Shown: positions 46,177 through 55,122 of the stretch, in pieces
How positions within the stretch are numbered: the stretch's first letter is position 1
Layout: each line of letters begins with the position of its first letter
NCBI RefSeq assembly: GCF_048264985.1
Contig: NZ_JBLXCL010000009.1
Coordinates: 3,953-67,952 of the forward strand
Origin: Pelagibacterium sp.
Lineage (GTDB): Bacteria > Pseudomonadota > Alphaproteobacteria > Rhizobiales > Devosiaceae
Direction: 5' to 3'
DNA length: 64,000 bases
Position numbers and translations under genes: made by a program
Notes under the pieces: generated by a model
The model's input: the letters and a program-made list of their open reading frames with translations, nothing else
What the model was told of the DNA's origin: nothing
Databases searched by the model: none

Positions 46177-47532
46177 ATGTATCTCGACGCAGGCCCCAAG
46201 GGTCCGAAAGGCTCACGGCGCATCGCCGTTATCGGAAGCGGAATTTCAGGGCTTTCTGCTGCCTGGCTGATGAGCCAGAGCCATGATGTGACGCTATACG
46301 AGGTCGAATCCCGGATCGGTGGCCACTCCAATACAGTCGATGTCGATTACAATGGCAAAACAATCGCAGTCGATACCGGCTTCATCGTCTATAACGAGGC
46401 CAATTATCCCAATCTCGTGGCAATGTTCGAGCATCTGGGTGTGCCGACGGATCTATCATGGATGTCGTTCGGCGCGTCTATCGATGGCGGAGCGTTTGAA
46501 TATTGCTCGGACCCGCTGGGGCTTATCGGGCAAAAGTCAAATGTTGTGCGTCCACGGTTCTGGCGCATGCTATCGGATGTTGTGAAATTTTCACGGTCTC
46601 ATCGCGAAATCCTCGCGGACGGTAGTCTTGCCCATGTGGGACTAGCCGATTACCTGGCCCAGAACGGGTATTCGGAGAGCTACATTCAAGACCATATCCT
46701 GCCCATGGCTGCAGCAATATGGTCATCTTCCGCCAACGATATCCGCAATTATCCGGTGCAGGCGTTTGTGCGGTTTTTTCTCAATCATGGCTTGCTCGAT
46801 CTCTACAACAGGCCGATGTGGCGGACGGTCAAAGGCGGCAGCCGGGAGTATGTTTCCCGATTGGTAGCCGGGTTCAAGGGAACAGTGCGACTTTCGACCG
46901 GCGTGAGTGCGATCGAACGGCATTCGGGCGTTGTGACGGTGACGGATGTGCGCGGTCACAAGGACGTCTTTACGGATGTTTTGATTGCCACTCACGCTGA
47001 TCAGGCCTTGGAGATGCTTAGCGATGCCGATGCTGAAGAACAGAGGCTTTTGGGAGCGTTTTCCTATACGCACAACAGGGCCGTGCTGCATACAGACCGG
47101 CGACTGATGCCTAAACGCAAATCGGTATGGTCGAGCTGGAACTACATCGGGGAACGTGAGTGGGATGGCGACAGTCCGCTTTGCGTGACCTACTGGATGA
47201 ACAAGCTCCAGAATATCGACAAGAAATACCCGTTGTTCGTAACACTCAATCCCAGCCGGGAGATCGATCCAGCAACTGTCTTTGAAACTTTCGATTACAC
47301 CCACCCGCTTTTTGACCAGATGGCGATGGCAGCACAGAAAGACCTCTGGCGGCTGCAAGGACGCGGTGGCGTCTGGTTTGCAGGGGCGCATTTCGGGTCA
47401 GGTTTTCACGAGGATGGTTTACAGTCCGGACTTGCGGCGGCGGAAGACATGGCCGGGGTGCAGCGGCCCTGGGCAGTGGAAAATCCCTCGGGCCGTATCC
47501 ATATTGATGCCGAAAGGGTGGCCGCTGAATGA
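46177..47532 (+). CDS. FAD-dependent oxidoreductase (RSP_1091/UfaD-like fatty-acid desaturase)
   Basis: IAVIGSGISGLSAAW, RIGGHSNT, VDTGFIVYNEANYP, SDMS-like SWMSF, GAHFGSGFHEDG; synteny with rpoE-chrR. Confidence 0.8.
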   Translation: MYLDAGPKGPKGSRRIAVIGSGISGLSAAWLMSQSHDVTLYEVESRIGGHSNTVDVDYNGKTIAVDTGFIVYNEANYPNLVAMFEHLGVPTDLSWMSFGASIDGGAFEYCSDPLGLIGQKSNVVRPRFWRMLSDVVKFSRSHREILADGSLAHVGLADYLAQNGYSESYIQDHILPMAAAIWSSSANDIRNYPVQAFVRFFLNHGLLDLYNRPMWRTVKGGSREYVSRLVAGFKGTVRLSTGVSAIERHSGVVTVTDVRGHKDVFTDVLIATHADQALEMLSDADAEEQRLLGAFSYTHNRAVLHTDRRLMPKRKSVWSSWNYIGEREWDGDSPLCVTYWMNKLQNIDKKYPLFVTLNPSREIDPATVFETFDYTHPLFDQMAMAAQKDLWRLQGRGGVWFAGAHFGSGFHEDGLQSGLAAAEDMAGVQRPWAVENPSGRIHIDAERVAAE

Positions 47533-48311
47533 AAGATGGCGCGATATATGGCGGAGAAGTCGTGCATGTGCGGCACAGGCCGCGCGCGCACACGCTGCGC
47601 TATCGCGTCTTTTCACTACTGCTTGATCTCGATCGGCTCGAAGCTCTGGATACGAGGCTCAAGCTCTTTTCCTACAATCGTTTTGGTGTGTTCAGCTTTC
47701 GCGAGACCGACCATGGGGACGGCGTGAGTGGCGGGCTTCGCGCTTGGGCGGAACGGCTGTTGGGCGAAGCTGGGATCGAGGGCAGGGACCTCAAGATTGA
47801 AATGCTCTGCTACCCGCGCATGTTCGGGTATGTGTTTAACCCTATCACTGTCTATTTTTGCTCGGACCCGCAGGGCATCCGGGCTGTCCTTTATGAAGTT
47901 TGCAATACTTTTTATGAGCGACACACCTATGTGATGCCGATGGCCGGACACACGGAGGGCCCGTTCCGTCAGTCATGTAACAAGGAACTTTACGTTTCCC
48001 CGTTCGTGCCCATGCAGGCGCTCTACGATTTCAAGATTACCCCACCAAGTGACAAAGTTCAGATCGCCATCAATGAAAGCGACCCGGATGGGGCGTTGCT
48101 CTATGCTGCGTTCACCGGCACCCGCCAGGAATTGAGCGACAAGAACCTTGCACGGGCGCTGGTGCGCTACCCGCTGATGACGTTGAAAATTATGGGTAGC
48201 ATTCACTGGGAAGCGCTCAAGCTATGGCTCAAGGGCAACCCCGTGTTCATGCACAAAAAGGCGGAAGCCAAGATCTCCCATTCGGTGATCGCGGCAGTTC
48301 CGGCCGAATAG
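47529..48311 (+). CDS. DUF1365 protein (RSP_1090/UfaO-like)
   Basis: VHVRHRP, YPRMFGYVFNPITVYFC, YEVCNTF, KELYVSPF, IHWEALKLWLKG. Confidence 0.88.
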   Translation: MKDGAIYGGEVVHVRHRPRAHTLRYRVFSLLLDLDRLEALDTRLKLFSYNRFGVFSFRETDHGDGVSGGLRAWAERLLGEAGIEGRDLKIEMLCYPRMFGYVFNPITVYFCSDPQGIRAVLYEVCNTFYERHTYVMPMAGHTEGPFRQSCNKELYVSPFVPMQALYDFKITPPSDKVQIAINESDPDGALLYAAFTGTRQELSDKNLARALVRYPLMTLKIMGSIHWEALKLWLKGNPVFMHKKAEAKISHSVIAAVPAE

Positions 48312-48431
48312 GCATAAGCGCCGGTCATCGATCCATCACCAATCGGCGTTTTGCGCCGCGGCCAGCTTCCTTTAGGGTTCAGTGTAATTGGCCCACGAAG
48401 GTCAAAGTCACAACATCAAGAGGAAACATTC

Positions 48432-49925
48432 ATGTCCCATGCCGACATTCTTTCAGCCGCAAAGCTGGCGGCCGCCGATCTGACAGGCGGTGCGCTGGAA
48501 GTGCATTCTCCTATCGATGGCGCACTGATCGGAGAGGTCGCTACTCACTCGGGCGGAGATGTCGAAAAGATGATTGCTGCCGCCAAAGCGGCATTCTCTG
48601 AATGGAAGTTGGTTCCAGCGCCGCGAAGGGGGGAGCTCATCCGACTGTTTGGCGAAGAACTGCGCGACGCAAAAAATGAACTGGGCGCGCTCGTGGCACT
48701 GGAGGCGGGCAAGATCTTTCAGGAGGGACTCGGCGAAGTCCAGGAGATGATCGATATCTGCGATCTGGCGGTGGGGCAGTCGCGGCAGTTGTTTGGACTG
48801 ACCATTGCTTCGGAGCGTCAGGGCCATGCAATGCGCGAGACATGGCACCCACTCGGCGTGGTGGGGGTGATCTCGGCCTTCAATTTCCCTGTAGCTGTTT
48901 TTGCCTGGAACTTCGCTTTGGCGGCAGTGGCCGGCAATTCGACAGTCTGGAAGCCATCTGAAAAGACGCCATTGACTGCGCTTGCAGTGCAAAAGATTTT
49001 CAAAAAGGCTGCCGAGCGTTTCGGTGAGGCGCCCGAGGGCTTGTTGCATGTGGCAATTGGTGGCGCGGATGTTGGTGAAGCGCTCACCACCTCCAAAGAC
49101 GTTCCGTTGGTTTCCGCGACTGGTTCAACGCGCATGGGGCGGATTGTCGGGCCCAAGGTTGCCGAGCGCTTTGGCAAGACAATTCTGGAATTGGGCGGCA
49201 ACAATGCGATGATTGTTGCGCCATCGGCCGATATGGACAATGCGGTCCGGGCCATAGTCTTTTCGGCGGTCGGCACGTGCGGACAACGGTGCACAAGTTT
49301 GCGGCGGTTGATTGTCCATGAAGACGTGCGCGATGAGCTCGTGGAAAAGCTCAAGAGTGTTTATGGCAATTTGCCGATCGGTAGCCCCTTGGAGGACGGC
49401 GTTCTCGTCGGCCCATTGATCGACAAACAAGCCTTTGACGCAATGCAGGCGGCGCTGGAGAAGGCCAAGTCCGAAGGTGGCAAGGTCACTGGCGGCGAGC
49501 GGGTCGAAGCTGTCGATGGCGGCCATTACGTCCGCCCGGCGATCGTCGAGATGGTCGAGCAGAGCGAAATCGTCAAGCATGAGACGTTTGCGCCAATCCT
49601 GTATGTACTGACCTACAAGACGCTCGATGAGGCGATTGCTTTGCAGAACGACGTGCCGCAGGGACTGTCGAGCTGCATTTTCTCGACGGATCTGCGTGAA
49701 GCCGAAACTTTTCTCTCTGCTGCCGGGTCCGATTGCGGCATTGCTAACGTCAATATAGGACCATCGGGGGCTGAGATCGGCGGGGCGTTCGGCGGTGAAA
49801 AGGAAACGGGCGGGGGGCGCGAAAGCGGCTCAGATGCATGGAAGGCTTACATGCGGCGTCAGACCAATACCGTCAATTATTCCCGTGAGCTGCCGCTGGC
49901 GCAGGGCATCAAGTTCGACATTTAG
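48432..49925 (+). CDS. ALDH7-family aldehyde dehydrogenase (piperideine-6-carboxylate / aminoadipate-semialdehyde dehydrogenase-like)
   Basis: PAPRRGELIR, GEVQEMIDICD, AFNFP, LELGGNNA, GQRCT, ETFAPILY, GAFGGEKETGGGRESGSDAWKAY. Confidence 0.9.
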   Translation: MSHADILSAAKLAAADLTGGALEVHSPIDGALIGEVATHSGGDVEKMIAAAKAAFSEWKLVPAPRRGELIRLFGEELRDAKNELGALVALEAGKIFQEGLGEVQEMIDICDLAVGQSRQLFGLTIASERQGHAMRETWHPLGVVGVISAFNFPVAVFAWNFALAAVAGNSTVWKPSEKTPLTALAVQKIFKKAAERFGEAPEGLLHVAIGGADVGEALTTSKDVPLVSATGSTRMGRIVGPKVAERFGKTILELGGNNAMIVAPSADMDNAVRAIVFSAVGTCGQRCTSLRRLIVHEDVRDELVEKLKSVYGNLPIGSPLEDGVLVGPLIDKQAFDAMQAALEKAKSEGGKVTGGERVEAVDGGHYVRPAIVEMVEQSEIVKHETFAPILYVLTYKTLDEAIALQNDVPQGLSSCIFSTDLREAETFLSAAGSDCGIANVNIGPSGAEIGGAFGGEKETGGGRESGSDAWKAYMRRQTNTVNYSRELPLAQGIKFDI

Positions 49926-49946
49926 ACTTTGTCGATTGTTTAGGTA

Positions 49947-49983
49947 AAAAGTTGGACCCGATCAGAGGTCGGGCCCAACTTTT
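49947..49983. terminator. Bidirectional terminator between the ALDH and MerR genes
   Basis: AAAAGTTGGACCCGA ... TCGGGCCCAACTTTT. Confidence 0.75.
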
Positions 49984-50005
49984 GACTGCCGTATTTCAGC
50001 CCGTC

Positions 50006-50413
50006 CTAGCCTTCGGATGATGCGTTATGCAGCCGATCGTCGGCCAATTGGCGAATTTCCGTCAATTCGGTTATCGTGGTTTCGAGATCTGCCAATTGCG
50101 CGTGCAGCAGTTCGAGCCGTTCATCTACCTTGCCGATCAACAGTTTGACCTGCGCTGTGCGCGTGTTGTCGGCATCGTAAAGGCTCAGATATTCCGAGAT
50201 ATCGCGCAATGTGAAGCCGAGCCTTTTGCCGCGCAGGATCAGGATGAGCCGTGCCCGGTCCCGCCTCCTGAACACTCGCGTTGAGCCCAGGCGGTCGGGT
50301 TTCAGCAAGCCCTTGGTCTCGTAGAACCGTATGGCGCGCGTTGAAATGCCGAACTCGTTCGCCAAGTCGGTGATGGCGAACAGATCGCGCTTGTCGGCAT
50401 CGTGCTTATTCAA
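50006..50413 (-). CDS. MerR-family regulator, LiuR-like
   Basis: FAITDLANEFGISTRAIRFYETKGLL, RARLILILRGKRLGFTL; TTG start just after the ligase stop, with an AGAGGA Shine-Dalgarno. Confidence 0.85.
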   Translation of the reverse strand: MNKHDADKRDLFAITDLANEFGISTRAIRFYETKGLLKPDRLGSTRVFRRRDRARLILILRGKRLGFTLRDISEYLSLYDADNTRTAQVKLLIGKVDERLELLHAQLADLETTITELTEIRQLADDRLHNASSEG

Positions 50414-50417
50414 GATG

Positions 50418-52130
50418 CTATCCTCTGGATTTGGCGTTCTTTTCATAGTCATCGCGCAGATCATTTTTGGACAGCTTGCCAATCATGGTTTTTGGCAGCT
50501 CATCGCGAAAGATGATCTCGCGGGGCATTTCGAGTTTGTTGAGGCGATCCTTGATGAAGGATTTGAGTTCGCTCTCACTGATGGATTGTCCATCCTTGAG
50601 TTTGACATAGGCGATCGGGGCTTCGCCGCGATACTCGTCTTTGACCCCGATCACGTTCGTCTCGTCGACGGATGGGTGCTGGTAGATCGCATCCTCTATG
50701 GCGCGTGGATAGACATTGAAGCCTGAGCAGATAATGAGATCCTTGATGCGATCGACAAGGAACACGTAGCCGTCCTCGTCAAAATAACCCACGTCCGCAG
50801 TGCGGAGGTAGCCGTTTGACGTGAAGACGTCCCGGGTAGCCTGATCATCTTTGAAATAACCCAGCATTACCTGCGGTCCTTTGAGAACAAGTTCGCCGCG
50901 TTCACCGGGTGCGACTTCTTTTTCGGGATCCTCAAGATCGACGAAGCGGACATCGGTGGCGGGAATGGGCAACCCGATCGATCCAGGTTTGGATGGTACG
51001 CGCAGCGCGGCGCAGGTCACCACGGGCGATGCTTCAGTCAGCCCATATCCTTCTGCGAGAATAGCGTCTGATTTTTTGGCGAACGCTTCGCGCGTTTCGC
51101 CGGGGAGGCCGGCGCCACCCGAGATCGCCACTTCGATCGGGGCAAGGATTTCAGCTGTTGCAGTGTCCTTGGTGGCAAGCGCATGGAGCAGCGTGGGCAC
51201 AGCAGGAAGAACGTTGGGTTTAGTGCGCTTCATAAGCGCAAGAAAATCCTTGAGCTCGAAGCGGGGAAGCATGATGACCTGGGCGCCTGAGCAGAGTGGT
51301 ACGTTCATGCATACCGTCATCGCAAAGATATGAAAGAAAGGCAGAACTGCGACGACCTTGGAGGGGGCATAGAACAATCCGCACCCCCATTTGTCGATCT
51401 GGCTCATATTTGCAGCGATGTTGGCATGGCTGAGCATCGCACCCTTGGGGGTGCCTGTCGTGCCGCCCGTATACTGCTGGACGGCGACATCCGTTTGCCG
51501 ATCGATCTGTACTGACGTTGGCGTCTTGCCCTTCGTGAGAAGGGATTCGAACGTCACTATGGAACGAGCGGCAGGGGAGTCGGCCGTTTTGACGATGTCC
51601 TTGACCTTGAACAGCGAGAACAGGATTTTTTTCAAACCAGGCAACGCGTTGGGGAAATGGGCAACGACGAGTTTTTTGACATGTCCTTGCCCGACCAGTT
51701 TCTCCGCCTTGGGAAATGTGGCCTTGAGATCGAGCGTAATGAGAACATTGGCGCCCGAATTGGAAACGATGTGGCTGAGCTCATGGAGCGAATAGAGCGG
51801 ATTGCAATTTACCACTGTGGCACCGATGCGCAGCACGGCGAAATAGGAAATCACGTAAAAGGGAGTGTTTGGCATCAAAAGCGCGACGCGATCCCCCTTC
51901 TTTATCCCCAGTTCGGACTGCAGCGCGCCAGCCAGGGCGTTGACCTGTTCGCCAAGCCGACGAAAGGATGTGGTCGCGCCGAGGAAGTCGAGCGCTGTCG
52001 CGTCACCCATCTTGGCACAGGATGCCAAGAGCTGTTCATGGACAGGCGTGGTGTCGATGGGGCTATCCCATTCGATGCCCTCCGGATAGGCGGTGATCCA
52101 GGGATGGGGGGCGCTGACTGGCTTGTTCAC
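50418..52130 (-). CDS. Long-chain fatty-acid--CoA ligase (FadD-like)
   Basis: QYTGGTTGTPKG, EGYGLTEASP, GYLRTADVG, DRIKDLII, ELPKTMIGK. Confidence 0.92.
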   Translation of the reverse strand: MNKPVSAPHPWITAYPEGIEWDSPIDTTPVHEQLLASCAKMGDATALDFLGATTSFRRLGEQVNALAGALQSELGIKKGDRVALLMPNTPFYVISYFAVLRIGATVVNCNPLYSLHELSHIVSNSGANVLITLDLKATFPKAEKLVGQGHVKKLVVAHFPNALPGLKKILFSLFKVKDIVKTADSPAARSIVTFESLLTKGKTPTSVQIDRQTDVAVQQYTGGTTGTPKGAMLSHANIAANMSQIDKWGCGLFYAPSKVVAVLPFFHIFAMTVCMNVPLCSGAQVIMLPRFELKDFLALMKRTKPNVLPAVPTLLHALATKDTATAEILAPIEVAISGGAGLPGETREAFAKKSDAILAEGYGLTEASPVVTCAALRVPSKPGSIGLPIPATDVRFVDLEDPEKEVAPGERGELVLKGPQVMLGYFKDDQATRDVFTSNGYLRTADVGYFDEDGYVFLVDRIKDLIICSGFNVYPRAIEDAIYQHPSVDETNVIGVKDEYRGEAPIAYVKLKDGQSISESELKSFIKDRLNKLEMPREIIFRDELPKTMIGKLSKNDLRDDYEKNAKSRG

Positions 52131-52188
52131 TGTTCTCTCCTCCAGCGGATCTTGTGTCCGAGCTTGGTGGCAAAAATTATGTCACGGC

Positions 52189-52204
52189 ATGACGTTAGCG
52201 TCAA
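52189..52204. promoter_or_regulatory. Candidate LiuR-type operator upstream of the CoA ligase
   Basis: ATGACGTTAGCGTCAA, with palindromic TGACG-N4-CGTCA. Confidence 0.5.
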
Positions 52205-52399
52205 ACGATGCACGCCAGGCTAAGTTCCTTACCTGCTCTGGGCGAAAGCTATGCGATTTCAAGGGGCTGCGCGTTAGAATTGCCCGAGTATCAGGTGGGT
52301 TGAAACGAATCTGCAGTAAATACGTTTTATTTCTCATGCGTGTCGTGGGGCGAGAATGTCGAGTTTCCAGAGTGAATATATGCCCTAATAGGCATTTGG

Positions 52400-52427
52400 T
52401 TGACGTTTACGTCCACAGGTGTATGCT
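52400..52427 (+). promoter_or_regulatory. Candidate LiuR-type operator overlapping a sigma70 promoter of fadE
   Basis: TTGACGTTTACGTCCA at 52400-52415 resembles TTtACGTwwACGTaAA; -35 TTGACG, then N16, then -10 TATGCT. Confidence 0.55.
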
Positions 52428-52570
52428 TTGCTTAATTTGACGCGCGCTGCAACTCTGCGCGCGGCCGAGGCTCGGGGCTGGACGAGGACTCCGGACTTTG
52501 AGGTTTCGGCATCGATATTCCGAAGCGCATGGCTGTGGATTATGCGCTCCAGGTCAGGGGAGGCCGGCTT

Positions 52571-55054
52571 ATGGTTTTGGCACTTATCGTCCTTTGCATC
52601 GTAGCATTTTTGGTTCTGGCGATCCGTCAGTCGCCTCTATGGCAATGGGCTGTCGCCGCGGCCGCTATCGGCATTCTTGCGATGGTCAGGCCCGATGACG
52701 GTCTCGCATTGTCGACAAGCCTGCTCGGTTGGATATTTGCGCTGTTGCCGGCCATTATCCTTGGGTTGCTCTCCATACCGGCCGTGCGTCAGATGGTTCT
52801 CACGGGGCCGGCCTATGCAATGGTTAAATCCATCCTGCCGCGCATTTCGCGCACCGAGCAGGAAGCGCTCGACGCAGGCACGGTGGGCTGGGATGCGGAA
52901 ATTTTTTCCGGTCGCCCCGACTGGGATAAGCTTTTCGACATACGCAAACCTGACCTGACCGATGAAGAGCAAGCGTTCCTGGATGGGCCGTGCGAGCAAG
53001 TGTGCGCAATGATTGACGATTGGGACACACGCAACAACCGCATGGATATGCCGCCGGCAGTTTGGCAGTTCCTGAAAGACAAGGGCTTCCTGGGCATGCT
53101 CATTGGCAAGGAGCATGGCGGCCTGGGGTTTTCGGCGCAGGCGCAGAGCCAGGTGGTTTCAAAGATCGCTTCTCGCTCGGTGGCTGCCGGAATTACCGTG
53201 ATGGTCCCCAACTCGCTGGGGCCGGGTGAACTGCTGGAAAAGTATGGGACCCCGGAACAACAGGGTAAATATCTGCAACGCCTGGCCAGCGGCCAGGAAG
53301 TGCCCTGCTTTGCATTGACCGGTGCCCACGCGGGTTCGGATGCGGCAGGGATGCGCGACGTCGGTGTGGTGACCTATGGCGACTATGAAGGCAAGCAAGT
53401 GCTCGGGGTGCGTCTATCCTGGGACAAGCGCTACATAACACTCGCCCCCGTCGCCACGCTGCTTGGTGTTGCGTTCAATCTTTATGATCCCGATAACCAC
53501 CTGGGCAAAGGTGAAGATGTCGGCATAACGCTCGCATTGGTTCCAGCCGACTATCCGGGCGTTATCATCGGTCGCCGGCATCTGCCGGCGCGCTCGGCGT
53601 TTATGAACGGGCCGACCTCGGGCAAGGATGTTTTCGTGCCCATGGAATTTCTGATCGGTGGCACAGAATACGCCGGGCAGGGATGGCGTATGCTCATGGA
53701 ATGCCTTGCGACGGGGCGTGCAATTTCTCTGCCGGCCATCGGGACGGTTTCGATCAAGGCCGCGCTGCGCACAACGTCCGCCTATGCCCGAATCCGGCGC
53801 CAGTTCGGCATTTCGATCGGCATGATGGAGGGCGTGGGCGAAGGCATGGCACGCCTGGTAAAATCGGCCTATCAGTTCGAAGCCTCACGGGCCATGACGG
53901 CCGCCATCGTCGATGATGGGCAAAAGCCGGCTGTCATTTCGGCGGCGCTCAAGTATCGTACAACTGAAGAGATGCGCGGCCGCGTGGACGACGCCATGGA
54001 TATTCATGGCGGTCGTGCCGTGCAGGATGGCCCGTCCAACTATTTGTTCGCTGGATATCAGACAATTCCTGTCGCCATCACTGTGGAAGGCGCCAATATC
54101 CTAACGCGTACACTGATCACTTTTGCCCAGGGCGCGCTTCGTGCACACCCCTATTTGCTCAAGGAAGTGCAGTCGGCTCAGAACCCGGACAAGCGTCAGG
54201 GGCTGAGAGATTTCGATGCTGCTTTTTCGGGGCATATCGGGTTCATGCTACGCAACATGACGGCTTCGTGGTGGCACAATCTGACTTTTGGGCGTTTTGC
54301 GTCGACCCCTGTCGAACATGATCTCAAGCGCTGGTATCGGGCATTCCATCGCTATGCACAGAGTTTTGCCCTGGCTGGCGACTGGACAGTTGCTTTCCTT
54401 GGCGGCGATCTGAAGCGCAAGCAGATGCTGTCTGGCCGGATGGCGGACGTATTTTCGGATCTTTACCTGCTTTCGACAGCGCTCAAGCGCTACGAAGACG
54501 ACGGGCGCATGCCCGAAGATCTCGCTGTCATCAATGCTGTCGCACGTGACAGGATCGCATCAATTGAAAAGGGACTGGGCGAAGTCATCGACAATTTCCC
54601 AAATCCATTTCTCAAGTTTGCTCTTGGCGCCCTTATCTTCCCGCTTGGGCGACGCGCACGGCCTTCCACTGACAAGGAAAATTACCGGTTGGCGCGCTCG
54701 GTGTTGGGGCAGTCGAGTTTCCGCGACAGGCTGACACGCGGCGTCTATGTGACTTTCGATCCTGCTGACCGCACAGGTATGCTCGAGGATGCTCTGGTTA
54801 AGGTGGAAGCGGCTGCGGAGATCGAGAAGAAATTCTTCCGTGCCATCAAGAAGGGCCAAATCGATCGACGCCTTGATCGCGATGCCATCGCCGACGCTGT
54901 TTCCAAGGGCATACTGACTGCTGACGAGGCCCAGATCATGCAGGTTGCCGACGACGCGACGGATAGGGTCATCAAGGTTGACGACTTTGCGCCTCATGAA
55001 CTGGCGCGTCCTGCGCAGAAATCGGAAGACGAGTATACAGCGGCCGCAGAATAA
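52571..55054 (+). CDS. fadE: Acyl-CoA dehydrogenase (FadE type, DUF1974 C-terminus)
   Basis: N-terminal TM helices, ISRTEQEALDAG, VMVPNSLGPGELL, CFALTG..AGSDA, ITVEGANILTR. Confidence 0.92.
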   Translation: MVLALIVLCIVAFLVLAIRQSPLWQWAVAAAAIGILAMVRPDDGLALSTSLLGWIFALLPAIILGLLSIPAVRQMVLTGPAYAMVKSILPRISRTEQEALDAGTVGWDAEIFSGRPDWDKLFDIRKPDLTDEEQAFLDGPCEQVCAMIDDWDTRNNRMDMPPAVWQFLKDKGFLGMLIGKEHGGLGFSAQAQSQVVSKIASRSVAAGITVMVPNSLGPGELLEKYGTPEQQGKYLQRLASGQEVPCFALTGAHAGSDAAGMRDVGVVTYGDYEGKQVLGVRLSWDKRYITLAPVATLLGVAFNLYDPDNHLGKGEDVGITLALVPADYPGVIIGRRHLPARSAFMNGPTSGKDVFVPMEFLIGGTEYAGQGWRMLMECLATGRAISLPAIGTVSIKAALRTTSAYARIRRQFGISIGMMEGVGEGMARLVKSAYQFEASRAMTAAIVDDGQKPAVISAALKYRTTEEMRGRVDDAMDIHGGRAVQDGPSNYLFAGYQTIPVAITVEGANILTRTLITFAQGALRAHPYLLKEVQSAQNPDKRQGLRDFDAAFSGHIGFMLRNMTASWWHNLTFGRFASTPVEHDLKRWYRAFHRYAQSFALAGDWTVAFLGGDLKRKQMLSGRMADVFSDLYLLSTALKRYEDDGRMPEDLAVINAVARDRIASIEKGLGEVIDNFPNPFLKFALGALIFPLGRRARPSTDKENYRLARSVLGQSSFRDRLTRGVYVTFDPADRTGMLEDALVKVEAAAEIEKKFFRAIKKGQIDRRLDRDAIADAVSKGILTADEAQIMQVADDATDRVIKVDDFAPHELARPAQKSEDEYTAAAE

Positions 55055-55122
55055 ACGGTTGTGGAACTTCAAGAGCTGTTTCACCCTTGTTCCGACCGAG
55101 AGAAGACGAGAGGAGCTAAGCC

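Noticed and set aside
46177-48311. Absence of a cfa/ufaM methylase as a novelty
   Set aside because: The methylase is also unlinked from this operon in Rhodobacter sphaeroides, so the absence is uninformative.
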